Source: a virus (lineage: Duplodnaviria > Caudoviricetes). Taken from it: a stretch of 64,000 nucleotides of DNA. Within the stretch, counting starts at the first letter, position 1; each line of letters begins with the position of its first letter. Below are positions 1 to 9,315 of this stretch, piece after piece. The DNA lies in the IMG/VR virus record IMGVR_UViG_3300033121_001713, positions 35,475-99,474 of that record; one strand, 5' to 3'. The notes below the pieces were generated by a model that saw only the letters and a program-made list of their open reading frames with translations, searched no databases and was not told the DNA's origin. Both the position numbers and the translations under genes were made by a program.

Positions 1-2
1 AT

Positions 3-518
3 ATTGACGAGAACATCGATCAAATCCTCAACGAGAACAACACATCTGCTAAGGAGCAAAAGGCAGACAACTCCAAATACCCATTCTACTCGTTCCTGAG
101 CAAGGAAAATCGCGAGAAGTTTGACTCCCTCGAAGAGCAGGAGTTGGCCAGGGTCGTGGAGGCTTTCAAGAAAAACAAGTACTTCGGTTCCATCGACGTC
201 GAGCGGATCTGGGAGTCGGCTATGAATCCGGCACCAGCTAAGCTTGATTGGATCAAGGACATGCCGAGCGAGTATCGCCCAATCTGGGAGAGCCTCGATC
301 CCGGTGCTCAAAGAGCCATCAAGGCGCAAGCCTCGATGCGTGCCCTAGACACCGAGTACAAGATCGCAAACTTCTGGCAAACCAGAGACCTGCGAGCTGT
401 TCGAATGAGTGCCCCAGAGATTCAACCAATTCCAATCAACGAAAGTTCTAACTTCACCAGCGACGATTCTTACATGGAATCAGTGAAGGCTGGGTTGAAG
501 AGGCGCTTCAACAAATAA
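3..518 (+). CDS. 3' part of prohead scaffold/core (or protease-scaffold) protein; runs off the window start
   Basis: Frame is open from nt 3 (IDENIDQILNENN...) to the TAA at 516-518; acidic and helical; INES motif; lies immediately before the major capsid gene like T4 gp22. Confidence 0.6.
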   Translation: MDENIDQILNENNTSAKEQKADNSKYPFYSFLSKENREKFDSLEEQELARVVEAFKKNKYFGSIDVERIWESAMNPAPAKLDWIKDMPSEYRPIWESLDPGAQRAIKAQASMRALDTEYKIANFWQTRDLRAVRMSAPEIQPIPINESSNFTSDDSYMESVKAGLKRRFNK

Positions 519-526
519 CACTTCTG

Positions 527-2185
527 ATGAAATTCATCAACGAAGCGGAGATTATTTCGAAGTGGGCTCCTATCATTGAGTCTGCCACCGAAATCCGCGA
601 CAGAAACAAACTGACGTGGATGTCGAAGATGTGCCACGTCCATGAGCTGTTCGAGAACGGTCTCCTCCTGGAGAACAACTCGTACTCTCAGCTGACGGCC
701 GTCAATGGCATGGGTGATACCAGGTTCCCTGGCAACCCGACCACCCAGGCTAACTTCCGCAACCAGACCCCTGGTTCCGGTGATAAGGCAACCCTGTTGC
801 CTCTGGCGATGCAGGTAGCTGCACAAACGATCGGCTTGGACCTCGTTCCAGTCGTTCCGATGGCATCTCCTATCGGCATCCACACCTACATGGACTATGT
901 CTATTCTGGTGGTAAGACGGCTGGCACTGGGACCGACATCCCACTGATGATCAAGCTGAACTACGGCACGACCGCCACTCCTCCGACCTTCACGGTTGGT
1001 GCGACCTCGGCCACGTCGAACGGCGTTAGCTTCTCGGTCATCGGCACTTCGAGGATCGACGGTTTCCCGATCCTGCACGTCCGTGGTTCTTTGACCTCTG
1101 GCACGCTGCTTTCCAACGCACAGTCCATCCTGAACTCCGGTCCTGGTATCGGCGTCGGTGGTGCTACTGGTACGACCGGTGGTAACGCCTTCACGGTGGA
1201 ACTGGTCAAGGCGCTGGAAGATCACGTCACCGGTTTCTCGGGCGACGCTCTTGCTAACCTGACTTACACTGGTGAGACCTTCACCCCGTACAGCAGGACA
1301 CAGGGTGAGAGCACGATGGACAACGTGATGAACCTGCAGCTCTTCAACAAGTCCGTCGAAGCTAAGACCTTCCAGGTTGCGGCTGCCGTGACTCGTGAGC
1401 AGGTTCAGGACCTCAAGCAGTTCGGTATCGATGCTATCGCTCAGGTGGAATCGGTCCTGATCAATGAGGTGACCCAGTCCATCAACAAGAACATCCTCGG
1501 CAGGCTGTTCGAACTCGGCGAAAGGAACCACGTTAAGGTCATCCGCACTCAGGGCACGAACTTCTTCGTGAACCTTGGCGCCACGGCCCTCACGGTCACA
1601 GCGTCGGCTTCTGCGAACACCGCTACGGCGTTCGGTAGCTACATCAACGACAGCACTCTGCTGGCTACGACGATGGCAGCTACGGAAAACGTGAACTCTG
1701 CTTCCGAGAACCTCCACACCCGTCAGAGGAAGATCATGTCGAAGATCCTCGCGATCTCGAACATGATTGCTACCCGCGGCAGGCGTGGACCTGCTACGTT
1801 CGTCGTGACGAACGCCCAGGTGTGCTCGGCTCTGCAAGATTGCGCAGGCTTCGTTGCGGCTCCAATGGCCAACACGATGAACCAGATGGGCGGTTCCCTC
1901 TACCCAGTGGGTACCCTCGCTGGCCTCGCGGTCTACAGCGACCCGAACATGGCATGGAACGATACCCGCTTCTGCGTCGGTAGGAAGGGCACTGGCGATG
2001 AGCCTGGTGTGATCTTCATGCCGTACCTGATGGCGGAAAGCGTGCAGGCCATCGTTGAAGGTACCATGAGCCCGAAGCTCGCCGTCAAGTCGAGGTACGC
2101 CCTCGTTGAGGCAGGCTTCTTCCCTGAGACTATGTACCTCACCTCCGGTGTGTACATGGGAGCTCAGTTCGGCGCACTGGTCTAA
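527..2185 (+). CDS. gp23: Major capsid protein (T4 gp23-like)
   Basis: KWAPII start, LVPVVPMASP, QDLKQFGIDA, RRGPATFVV, FMPY...SPKLAVKSRYAL C-terminus typical of gp23; strong codon bias. Confidence 0.95.
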   Translation: MKFINEAEIISKWAPIIESATEIRDRNKLTWMSKMCHVHELFENGLLLENNSYSQLTAVNGMGDTRFPGNPTTQANFRNQTPGSGDKATLLPLAMQVAAQTIGLDLVPVVPMASPIGIHTYMDYVYSGGKTAGTGTDIPLMIKLNYGTTATPPTFTVGATSATSNGVSFSVIGTSRIDGFPILHVRGSLTSGTLLSNAQSILNSGPGIGVGGATGTTGGNAFTVELVKALEDHVTGFSGDALANLTYTGETFTPYSRTQGESTMDNVMNLQLFNKSVEAKTFQVAAAVTREQVQDLKQFGIDAIAQVESVLINEVTQSINKNILGRLFELGERNHVKVIRTQGTNFFVNLGATALTVTASASANTATAFGSYINDSTLLATTMAATENVNSASENLHTRQRKIMSKILAISNMIATRGRRGPATFVVTNAQVCSALQDCAGFVAAPMANTMNQMGGSLYPVGTLAGLAVYSDPNMAWNDTRFCVGRKGTGDEPGVIFMPYLMAESVQAIVEGTMSPKLAVKSRYALVEAGFFPETMYLTSGVYMGAQFGALV

Positions 2186-2202
2186 TCGACCTACACAGAC
2201 AC

Positions 2203-2240
2203 AAAGAAAGCGGCGGCCTTTTGGTCGCCGCTTTTCTTTT
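2203..2240 (+). terminator. Rho-independent terminator after the capsid gene
   Basis: aaagaaagcggcggcc-tttt-ggtcgccgcttttctttt: GC stem plus U tract. Confidence 0.9.
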
Positions 2241-2257
2241 GTGCATAGAGATTGATT

Positions 2258-2614
2258 ATGGGAGTATTCAAGATCGGATCGGTATCGAAGTTCGACAATT
2301 CGGCACATTCGAATCCTAGGCCTAGGCCGAAAGGGAATGGACAACCGAATCCTAGCCGTTGGAAGCTCAAGCGTCACTTGACGATGAATCACTACCTGAT
2401 CATCGAAATCACTTATGATGATTGCATCAACTTCGAAGGCAGAAAGATCCTGATGTTCGATAAGGGCGTGACCCTCAAGGACATCACTAGGCAAAAGCTG
2501 ATCGATCCACATTTCTCAGAGTCAAAGGACTTCTTTCATCCGATCGCTAGGTTTGTGCCAACTCAGCGCGGTTGGGAAATGGCCATAGATTTAGCCATTT
2601 CGATGCGCGGATAA
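2258..2614 (+). CDS. Hypothetical phage protein
   Basis: ORF filling the gap; YDDCINFEGRKIL...IDPHF...PIARFVPT. Confidence 0.7.
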   Translation: MGVFKIGSVSKFDNSAHSNPRPRPKGNGQPNPSRWKLKRHLTMNHYLIIEITYDDCINFEGRKILMFDKGVTLKDITRQKLIDPHFSESKDFFHPIARFVPTQRGWEMAIDLAISMRG

Positions 2615-2624
2615 CATCCCTGAC

Positions 2625-2633
2625 AATAGATAG
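2625..2633 (+). promoter_or_regulatory. Putative phage late promoter AATAGATAG
   Basis: Member of the recurrent NATASATA motif; 3 nt before ATG 2637. Confidence 0.65.
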
Positions 2634-2636
2634 GGT

Positions 2637-3137
2637 ATGTCAATGCAGCTAAGGCCAAGCGTGCGTGTAGCTATTGTGGATGAATGGAACGAATACATTC
2701 GTCTATGCAATAGATTCAAACATGTTCCAACTAGAGAGCAGCAGGAGGAGATCCTGAAGTTCATGCTTCTGATGAATTCTTCTGGAACTGCTACACTCTG
2801 TGAATCTGAGATCCAGGAAGCCAAGGGCTTTATCACTGAGGGACACGGTGAGGATTACAAGTTCTTCGATTCGGAAGGCCATGGACATGGAGATGGTTCT
2901 AAGATCGAGATCGGTAAATACATCTCATACATCTTCAAGAGGCCTAGGATCATGGGACTGTTTTCGGAGGAGATGCGTGACGAGTTTTCGAAGATCCGAT
3001 CTTGGGTAGCATTAGTCGAGAAGAAGAAGCAATTGGCCGAGTTGAATGGCGAGGCCCCATCATCAGGATCGAACTATCCGAAGCTATATTCCTCTTCGAA
3101 GAGCTATAGCCCAGCTAGAAAACCCAGCCATCACTAA
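2637..3137 (+). CDS. Hypothetical protein (possible head-associated late protein)
   Basis: ORF coupled to the next gene (TAATG); IQEA and ITEG motifs. Confidence 0.7.
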   Translation: MSMQLRPSVRVAIVDEWNEYIRLCNRFKHVPTREQQEEILKFMLLMNSSGTATLCESEIQEAKGFITEGHGEDYKFFDSEGHGHGDGSKIEIGKYISYIFKRPRIMGLFSEEMRDEFSKIRSWVALVEKKKQLAELNGEAPSSGSNYPKLYSSSKSYSPARKPSHH

Positions 3138-4087
3138 TGAACGACAAGGAAAGGGTCAACTCTCAAATAGAAAAGCTTAAGGCTCAGCGAAAAAAGGTTG
3201 AGGAAGCTATCAGGCGATATGAGGATGCGATCGAGGCTATGAAGGGCCGAACCGACGATGCTTCTCATAACAAGCGACAGGCCATCAATGCTGCACTAGA
3301 AAAGCTCAGATCCCAAAAGGAGGAGATCAGTGCAGAAATCAACAAGCTAGAGGATGAGGATCCGGGCGCAGACGCTGATAAGCTGAAGAAAGAGATTGAG
3401 GCTCTTGAGGATCGATTGGAGCAACAGACAGAGGCTATCAACGACAAGATCGAGGCCATTCAGGAGAGGATCGATCAACTGGTCGATGGAAACGATCTCC
3501 TTGAACATCTCATCGCTAAAGAGAGACTCAAGCTCAAGATCAGGTTCAATAGGGAAATCGTTAAGCATTTGACAGGCAAGAACGATAGAACGGAGATCAC
3601 TAATCGTCTTGCTGAAGAAGACAAGAAGCTCAAAGACTGGAGCGAAAAATTCAACATTCTGATCAAGGAGGTCGATGATAAACATGGCGACGATCCTGAA
3701 GTCAAGAAAGCTAAGGAGAGTTCAGCCAAGGAGATGGAATCCGAAAAGGAACGCATCGCTGAGCTGACTCGCCTACACAAGGAGTTAGAATCAGCGCAAA
3801 GCGATCAAGCGAAGGAAGGCATCCAATCCAGGATCGATAAGCTCGAAAAAGAACAGATCGATGCTGAAGTAGAATCTGGCAAGAAGAGCAAAGAAGAGGC
3901 CAAAGGCGATAAGGAGCAGATCGAGCTCGAAAAGAAGATCAGCGACCTCGAAGATGCAAGATCCGAGCTCGAGAAATCGGATTCTAAGGAGAAGAAGGAT
4001 AAGCTAGAGATGGTAGACACCATGCTTTCGAACTATAGGAAGAGGCTTAGCGCACTGAAAGGCAAGAAGAAGGAGGAGAACCGATGA
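3137..4087 (+). CDS. Highly charged coiled-coil protein
   Basis: K/E-rich heptads across 316 aa; overlapping start and stop with neighbours. Confidence 0.8.
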   Translation: MNDKERVNSQIEKLKAQRKKVEEAIRRYEDAIEAMKGRTDDASHNKRQAINAALEKLRSQKEEISAEINKLEDEDPGADADKLKKEIEALEDRLEQQTEAINDKIEAIQERIDQLVDGNDLLEHLIAKERLKLKIRFNREIVKHLTGKNDRTEITNRLAEEDKKLKDWSEKFNILIKEVDDKHGDDPEVKKAKESSAKEMESEKERIAELTRLHKELESAQSDQAKEGIQSRIDKLEKEQIDAEVESGKKSKEEAKGDKEQIELEKKISDLEDARSELEKSDSKEKKDKLEMVDTMLSNYRKRLSALKGKKKEENR

Positions 4088-4575
4088 GGAAACCGATGCG
4101 CAGTTTTGAGGTGAGGCGTAAAACTGCGCCATGGCAGAAAGGCCGTTGGGGCTTCAGGACCGATGGCCTCGATGCTAGGCATCGTGAGCTCTTGGAAAGG
4201 AATTCAGAGATGGGTTCTTGGGATGTTGCAGATGTTTCATGTGCTTTCATCTTGAGGGATGCTGAAGTCACTCTGAAGCTAGGCAAAAGATTGGCGTTCC
4301 ATACGACGGACGGCGAAAACTTTACGCTAGATCGAACGGAAAAGCCAGAAGAATTGGTATCGTGGAAGTGTGCGTATTGCACAAAGGCCATACTCTCTAG
4401 GATCGGAATTTCTAGCGCCGCTAATCTCACGTGCAGAAGATGCGTTGATAGGGCTAAAGAGGACGAAGGGCCGCTGATCGAATCCTCCGTGGATTTCCTA
4501 GACAAGAGTAAAGGCATCATGATCAGGAGGAAAAGATACATCCTCCGCTACATAAAGAAGAACCGAAAGGGATGA
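4084..4575 (+). CDS. Hypothetical Zn-finger protein
   Basis: CAYC...CRRC; ATGA overlaps on both sides. Confidence 0.7.
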   Translation: MRKPMRSFEVRRKTAPWQKGRWGFRTDGLDARHRELLERNSEMGSWDVADVSCAFILRDAEVTLKLGKRLAFHTTDGENFTLDRTEKPEELVSWKCAYCTKAILSRIGISSAANLTCRRCVDRAKEDEGPLIESSVDFLDKSKGIMIRRKRYILRYIKKNRKG

Positions 4576-6014
4576 ACGAATTGCTCCTCAACGAAGCCAA
4601 GGGAAAGGGTGTCCAGCTTGTGGTGCTCTCGAATCTCAAATCGACATCTACTACGGTAGAATCGATCAAGAAGGAATGCTCGAAGAGAGGCATCAAGCAT
4701 CGCATCATCAATATCAACCGGTTCAAGATCAAGCCACTGAAAGGAGGATCGAGCTTCAGCCTGGATGACGATAATGAAGACCCTATCATCATTCATCCGG
4801 ATAACACGGTCGTTCTCTGTCGAGCTGCAGTTGCACAGAACACGAAGTCGATGTCTCTGGTATCGCTCCTTGAGGACAACCGATTCTTCGTAGTCAACTC
4901 TCTTTCTTCGATAACGGCATGTCGGAACAAGTATGTGACATCGAAGATCTTGCAAGACAACAAGATCCCTGTCCCAAAGATGGCATTGCTGGTCAATGAA
5001 GATCAGATTGACGATGCGGTAGAGGATATCGGCGGCAAGTTTCCTCTCGTGATGAAATTGCTGGATGGCACCCATGGCATCGGTGTCTCTGTGGTAGAAT
5101 CTGCATCATCTCTTCGATCCATCCTTCAGACGATCTGGAAACTCACTCCTAACACTGAGATATTGCTCCAAGAGAAGATAGAGTCGAGCTACGATCTTCG
5201 AATACACGTTCTTGTCAGGAATCCAGATTCCAATGATCCGAAGGACGCCGAAGTGATAGCGTCGATGAAAAGGAGCAAGGTCAAAAAGGATTTCAGGACC
5301 AATTTCTCATTGGGAGGCAAAGTATCCGATGTCAAGATCACGCCAGAACAAGAGAAGATGGCTATCATCTCCGCTAGGGCAATTGGGTGCCAGTGGTGTG
5401 GCGTGGATATCATCGTAGATGAGAAAACTGGGAAGAATTTCGTGTTAGAGATCAACTCTTCACCTGGCACAGTAGGGATCACTAAGGCTTCTGGCATCGA
5501 TGTTCTTGGTGCCGTTCTAGATTTCATCTTCGAGAAGTCCAACTGGATGTCTTCTAAAATGGTAGCCGGATTCAGGGAATCCATCGAGATTCCAGGGATC
5601 GGTAAGTTCGTCGCTAAGCTTGATACTGGTAATGGGTCTATTGCATGTTCGATCACATATGATGATATGAAGATCGATGGGAAGAATGTCACATGGAGAC
5701 TTGGCAAGAAGACCATCAAGAGCAAGATAATGGGAGTGGCCAAGACTGAGGTCGGAACCGAGATCCAAGAGAGAAAGTTCATCGAGCTTGACATCATTTT
5801 CGCTGGCAAGAAATACGAGAAGGTTCAGGTAGCACTAGTAGATCGATCGGACAAGAGCACCCCTTTCCTCATCAACAGGCAATTCCTACAGAGGATCGGA
5901 TGCACAGTAGATCCGCTCAAGACCTTCCTGCTTTCAGAGAAGCCAGAAGGCTATAAGCCACAAGACGCTAGGGGCGAGCCACACGCTGGCATTGAGTTCC
6001 ATGAGGAGGAATAA
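4572..6014 (+). CDS. rimK: RimK-family ATP-grasp ligase fused to a C-terminal retropepsin-like (RimB/Zn_protease-type) domain
   Basis: CRNKY, FPLVMKLLDGTHGIGV, LLQEKI, DFRTNFSLGG, GVDII, LEINSSPG; then AKLDTGNG...DRSDKSTPFLINR. Confidence 0.88.
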   Translation: MNELLLNEAKGKGVQLVVLSNLKSTSTTVESIKKECSKRGIKHRIININRFKIKPLKGGSSFSLDDDNEDPIIIHPDNTVVLCRAAVAQNTKSMSLVSLLEDNRFFVVNSLSSITACRNKYVTSKILQDNKIPVPKMALLVNEDQIDDAVEDIGGKFPLVMKLLDGTHGIGVSVVESASSLRSILQTIWKLTPNTEILLQEKIESSYDLRIHVLVRNPDSNDPKDAEVIASMKRSKVKKDFRTNFSLGGKVSDVKITPEQEKMAIISARAIGCQWCGVDIIVDEKTGKNFVLEINSSPGTVGITKASGIDVLGAVLDFIFEKSNWMSSKMVAGFRESIEIPGIGKFVAKLDTGNGSIACSITYDDMKIDGKNVTWRLGKKTIKSKIMGVAKTEVGTEIQERKFIELDIIFAGKKYEKVQVALVDRSDKSTPFLINRQFLQRIGCTVDPLKTFLLSEKPEGYKPQDARGEPHAGIEFHEEE

Positions 6015-6043
6015 CCTAGCCTGGCCTTCTTTTTGACATAGAG

Positions 6044-6072
6044 TTTGGGCCAATCGCCTTATGTTACATTTG
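6044..6072 (+). promoter_or_regulatory. Bacteroidota-type housekeeping promoter (TTTG...TACATTTG)
   Basis: TTTG 6044-6047, 17-nt spacer, TACATTTG 6065-6072; ATG at 6076. Confidence 0.65.
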
Positions 6073-6075
6073 TCG

Positions 6076-6231
6076 ATGAAGAAGAGGCTCCTATCGCTAT
6101 GCTGGTCCGTCTGCTTTCTCATGGCCTCGGCCATGGTAGCGTTCGCATCAGAAGGCCTTCGAGGTCTCTTCTGGACATTGGCCTTGGCGATCATTGGGAT
6201 CTCTGGGGCGGTTAGGGCGATCAAGAAATAG
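6076..6231 (+). CDS. Small two-TM membrane protein (51 aa, not in the ORF track)
   Basis: MKKRLLSLCWSVCFLMASAMVAFASEGLRGLFWTLALAIIGISGAVRAIKK*; sits between the promoter and the next ORF. Confidence 0.6.
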   Translation: MKKRLLSLCWSVCFLMASAMVAFASEGLRGLFWTLALAIIGISGAVRAIKK

Positions 6232-6235
6232 AGAC

Positions 6236-6454
6236 ATGGATCATCTAAGTCAACTGAAACTCGAACAGAGGATCAGGCAGCACGCGGAACAGTTCAGGGA
6301 GGCCAAGAAGATAGCTGTCAATGAGGTTGCCGAAATGGCCAATGAATTTGGGCCTCGGTATTTCGATGCGCTCAAGAGATTCAACGAAAGCTACAGGCAG
6401 CTCAATGAACCCGATCACATGTACCATTTCAACGTCGATGATGTGGTGACATAG
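6236..6454 (+). CDS. Hypothetical protein
   Basis: ATG 6236 (MDHLSQLK...), 72 aa. Confidence 0.65.
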   Translation: MDHLSQLKLEQRIRQHAEQFREAKKIAVNEVAEMANEFGPRYFDALKRFNESYRQLNEPDHMYHFNVDDVVT

Positions 6455-6463
6455 AAGATCGAG

Positions 6464-7414
6464 ATGAGCATGACCAATCTGATCTGGACTGAGAAATACA
6501 GGCCAAAGAGCGTAGATGAGCTGATCCTTCCAGCGAGAGTCCTCGACAAGCTGAAATCTGGGCCATACCAGAATTTCCTATTCTACGGCTCCGCTGGTTC
6601 AGGGAAGACTAGCGCCGCAAAAGCCCTTGCGCAAGGGCGCCCGAGCAAATTCATTAACTGTTCGCTGGAAACTGGCGTAGATTCGGTCAGGACCATCATA
6701 ACCGATTTCTGCTCTTCCGCTTCCGTCTTCTCTGAGGAAGGAACTCATAAGGTCATCGTCCTCGATGAGGTCGAAGGAGTCAGCGAGCAGTACTTCAAGG
6801 CCCTTCGTGGAACGATCGAACAGTTTCACAATGTCGCTAGGTTCATCGCCACTACCAATCACTTCGCGAAGATCCCAGACGCCATCCAATCGAGGTTCGA
6901 ATGCATCAGCTTTGATTTCGATCAAGAAGAGATCAAAGAAATGGAAGGTAGATGCTTCAAGCGCATCTATGAGATCATCAAGGCCGAGGGCATGGAGACG
7001 ACGAAGGAAGCCCTAGTCGAGCTGGTCAAGCGAAACTTCCCAGACATACGAAGGATCGTCAGTTCACTCCAAGGCCTGAAACAAGAGGGCGTCACGAAAC
7101 TATCAGTTGATGACGTCTCAAGGTATCGAGGAGCATATCGAGCCCTTTTTGAACACCTCCTGACTGTCAACGACACAGTCAAGAATTATCAGCTCGCGGT
7201 TGGATCGTATTCCAACCAGGTAGATGAAGTGATAGTGGCGCTGGGACGGGAGTTCCTGGAGTACATCGAGACCAATAAAAAAGATCTGGAGCCGCGACTC
7301 GGCGAGATACTTTATGAGGTAAATTTGCACTCGTACCAGTCTCGGTTTGCCCTTGACCCAATGGTGACCTTGCTTTCTTTGATGCACAGGATCCAAACGA
7401 TCATACACAAATGA
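6464..7414 (+). CDS. gp44: Sliding clamp loader large subunit (T4 gp44/RFC-like)
   Basis: WTEKYRPKS, Walker A GSAGSGKTS, VIVLDEVE, AIQSRF, FPDIRR. Confidence 0.95.
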   Translation: MSMTNLIWTEKYRPKSVDELILPARVLDKLKSGPYQNFLFYGSAGSGKTSAAKALAQGRPSKFINCSLETGVDSVRTIITDFCSSASVFSEEGTHKVIVLDEVEGVSEQYFKALRGTIEQFHNVARFIATTNHFAKIPDAIQSRFECISFDFDQEEIKEMEGRCFKRIYEIIKAEGMETTKEALVELVKRNFPDIRRIVSSLQGLKQEGVTKLSVDDVSRYRGAYRALFEHLLTVNDTVKNYQLAVGSYSNQVDEVIVALGREFLEYIETNKKDLEPRLGEILYEVNLHSYQSRFALDPMVTLLSLMHRIQTIIHK

Positions 7415-8637
7415 GCTACACGCTCGTCTTCGACGGTAACCATTTCTTGCACAAGACGCTGCATGTTGCATCGCGCATCAAGGAATCGTTTTCGCGAGTG
7501 CCTATGGATTTCAAGGGAGATCCAGACACTGATCGCAACGTCCTCCTCCATAAGCTGGCTACCGACTTCGTCTCCGAGGTCAAGAAGTTTTCGCCGGTTG
7601 CCGATCAGGTCGTTTACTGCATCGACTCCCAGTCATGGCGAAAGCTTGCCTTTCCGTTGGAATCGTACAAGGGCCATCGTAAGAAGGAATCTAGCATCTC
7701 CTGGGACCTGGTCTTTGCCGCCCACGAACAATTCGTCTCCTCCATCGCTAAGCAGGGAGTTCACATCTCTCGGGCCTATGGGGCCGAGGGCGACGATTTG
7801 ATCTTCAACTGGTCTAACCACCTCAATCACTGGGGAGATCGCAATTGCATCATCATCTCCGGCGACAACGACCTCTTGCAACTGGTCTCAAGGGACGATT
7901 CAAGCGGCAGGTTCACCATCTTCCATAACAAGTTCGACAAGCAGCTCAAGGTCTTCCCAGGATTTGAAGCCTGGCTCTCTGAACAATCCGAGGCAGGCAC
8001 CCTATTCGACCCCGGAACATCCTTCATCAAGGACGATCGCGAGGATCTGGCGTTGATCATCAAGCAGAGCGGCATCGAGCTAGACCGGATCAATTCTACC
8101 GAGTACATCTTCGTCAAGATTCTGATTGGAGACTCTGGAGACAATGTGCCACCGGTCTACCAACGTAAAAAGCAGACCAAGAAGGGCGAGCTCACATATC
8201 GGTTCTCCGAGAAAATGGCCCGAACGGTCCTCGACCGATTCAAAACTGCGTCATCGATCGTCTATGTCAACCAGTTTCATCTGTTCGACGAGACCAGCAT
8301 TTCTAAGATCTGCTCCTTGGCCATGGAGGAGATGTCCGTCGATGACAAGCTTATCGAGGAGATCATCGAACGCTGGAAAATCAACCGCGACATGCTTTAC
8401 CTGCACAGGGATTGCATACCTTCCTATGTGATCGATAACATGTCCAAGGACTATGAGTCCGGCAAACAATCGAGGCACAACAAAGCCATGACCAGGGAGC
8501 AGATCCTGGCCGACACGGATTGGTTCGATTGGCAGCAAGTTGGAGGCCAGATCAAGACGAATGGCGAACCGGATGTTGTCATAAAAGACTCTCCGAAAGG
8601 CGGTTTTGATGCGAATCGCTGGAAGAAGTTTCGATGA
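7411..8637 (+). CDS. 5'-3' exonuclease / T4 RNase H-like flap endonuclease
   Basis: FDGNH, SWRK...YKGHRK, EGDDLI, ISGDNDLLQL, GDSGDNVP. Confidence 0.9.
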   Translation: MSYTLVFDGNHFLHKTLHVASRIKESFSRVPMDFKGDPDTDRNVLLHKLATDFVSEVKKFSPVADQVVYCIDSQSWRKLAFPLESYKGHRKKESSISWDLVFAAHEQFVSSIAKQGVHISRAYGAEGDDLIFNWSNHLNHWGDRNCIIISGDNDLLQLVSRDDSSGRFTIFHNKFDKQLKVFPGFEAWLSEQSEAGTLFDPGTSFIKDDREDLALIIKQSGIELDRINSTEYIFVKILIGDSGDNVPPVYQRKKQTKKGELTYRFSEKMARTVLDRFKTASSIVYVNQFHLFDETSISKICSLAMEEMSVDDKLIEEIIERWKINRDMLYLHRDCIPSYVIDNMSKDYESGKQSRHNKAMTREQILADTDWFDWQQVGGQIKTNGEPDVVIKDSPKGGFDANRWKKFR

Positions 8638-8885
8638 TGACAGACAAAAGAGTAGACGAGCTGCGACCGTTGGTCGAACAGCTGAATAGCGCCGTCACTG
8701 TGCTGGCTAAAGAGATGCAGGCCCTGATCAAGGAGCTCAGGCTCAACACCAAGGCGGTAAACGAGCAGAATTTGATCGAGAAGAGGGGCCATCTGGCGCT
8801 TTTGGCCGAAATGGGGATGAAGATTGACGAAGATCAGGCCGAAGATCAGGCCGAAGATCAGGCCAATCCTGAGGAGGAAGAATAG
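8634..8885 (+). CDS. Small acidic-tailed coiled-coil protein
   Basis: Ends DEDQAEDQAEDQANPEEEE. Confidence 0.7.
   Translation: MMTDKRVDELRPLVEQLNSAVTVLAKEMQALIKELRLNTKAVNEQNLIEKRGHLALLAEMGMKIDEDQAEDQAEDQANPEEEE
8829..8864 (+). repeat. Three perfect tandem copies of a 12-mer (GAAGATCAGGCC)
   Basis: Seen directly; encodes EDQA x3. Confidence 0.95.
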
Positions 8886-8907
8886 TAGCATAAGGCCAAT
8901 TCGAAGC

Positions 8908-9315
8908 ATGCAGCTGTTTGATCTTATCAAGATCATGTTCTCGGATCCACAGGGGTACTCTGGGACATCCTGGAATGATCGAGCCAAGAACGTCTTCATG
9001 GTCCAGCGCATTATGGCCATCAAGCAGCCTATTCGAGCTCAGCTTTTCAATCGAGTTGGAGTTAATCCAGCTGCAGTAGTCGACCAGTGGCAACGGTCCA
9101 CTAGGACACTCGGTAAATCTCCTGGCTGGATCTTCACAAAGACGACCAAGAAGGCCGTCGAATCGAAGAGTCCAGCCTATGACAAGGAAGCTGCCATCGA
9201 ATGGATGCGTTTCAATGGCCTTGGCCAGCGTGACCTGGATGCCGTCTTGCAAGAGGATCGGGCCTCGATGCTAGACGAGCTCAAGCGCATTGCAAAATCG
9301 ATGTCTTCGGACTGA
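8908..9315 (+). CDS. Probable clamp loader small subunit (gp62-like)
   Basis: MQLFDLIK...FMVQRIMA...AQLFN...GWIFTK pattern and size resemble gp62; close to gp44. Confidence 0.5.
   Translation: MQLFDLIKIMFSDPQGYSGTSWNDRAKNVFMVQRIMAIKQPIRAQLFNRVGVNPAAVVDQWQRSTRTLGKSPGWIFTKTTKKAVESKSPAYDKEAAIEWMRFNGLGQRDLDAVLQEDRASMLDELKRIAKSMSSD

Noticed and set aside
470-2512. 680-aa minus-strand ORF
   Set aside because: Antisense shadow of the strongly codon-biased capsid gene; no recognisable motifs. The same applies to most minus-strand ORFs in the track.
8824-8907. N-terminal extension KIRPKIRPKIRP on the gp62-like ORF
   Set aside because: Alternate-frame reading of the 12-bp repeat; ATG 8908 is the more plausible start.
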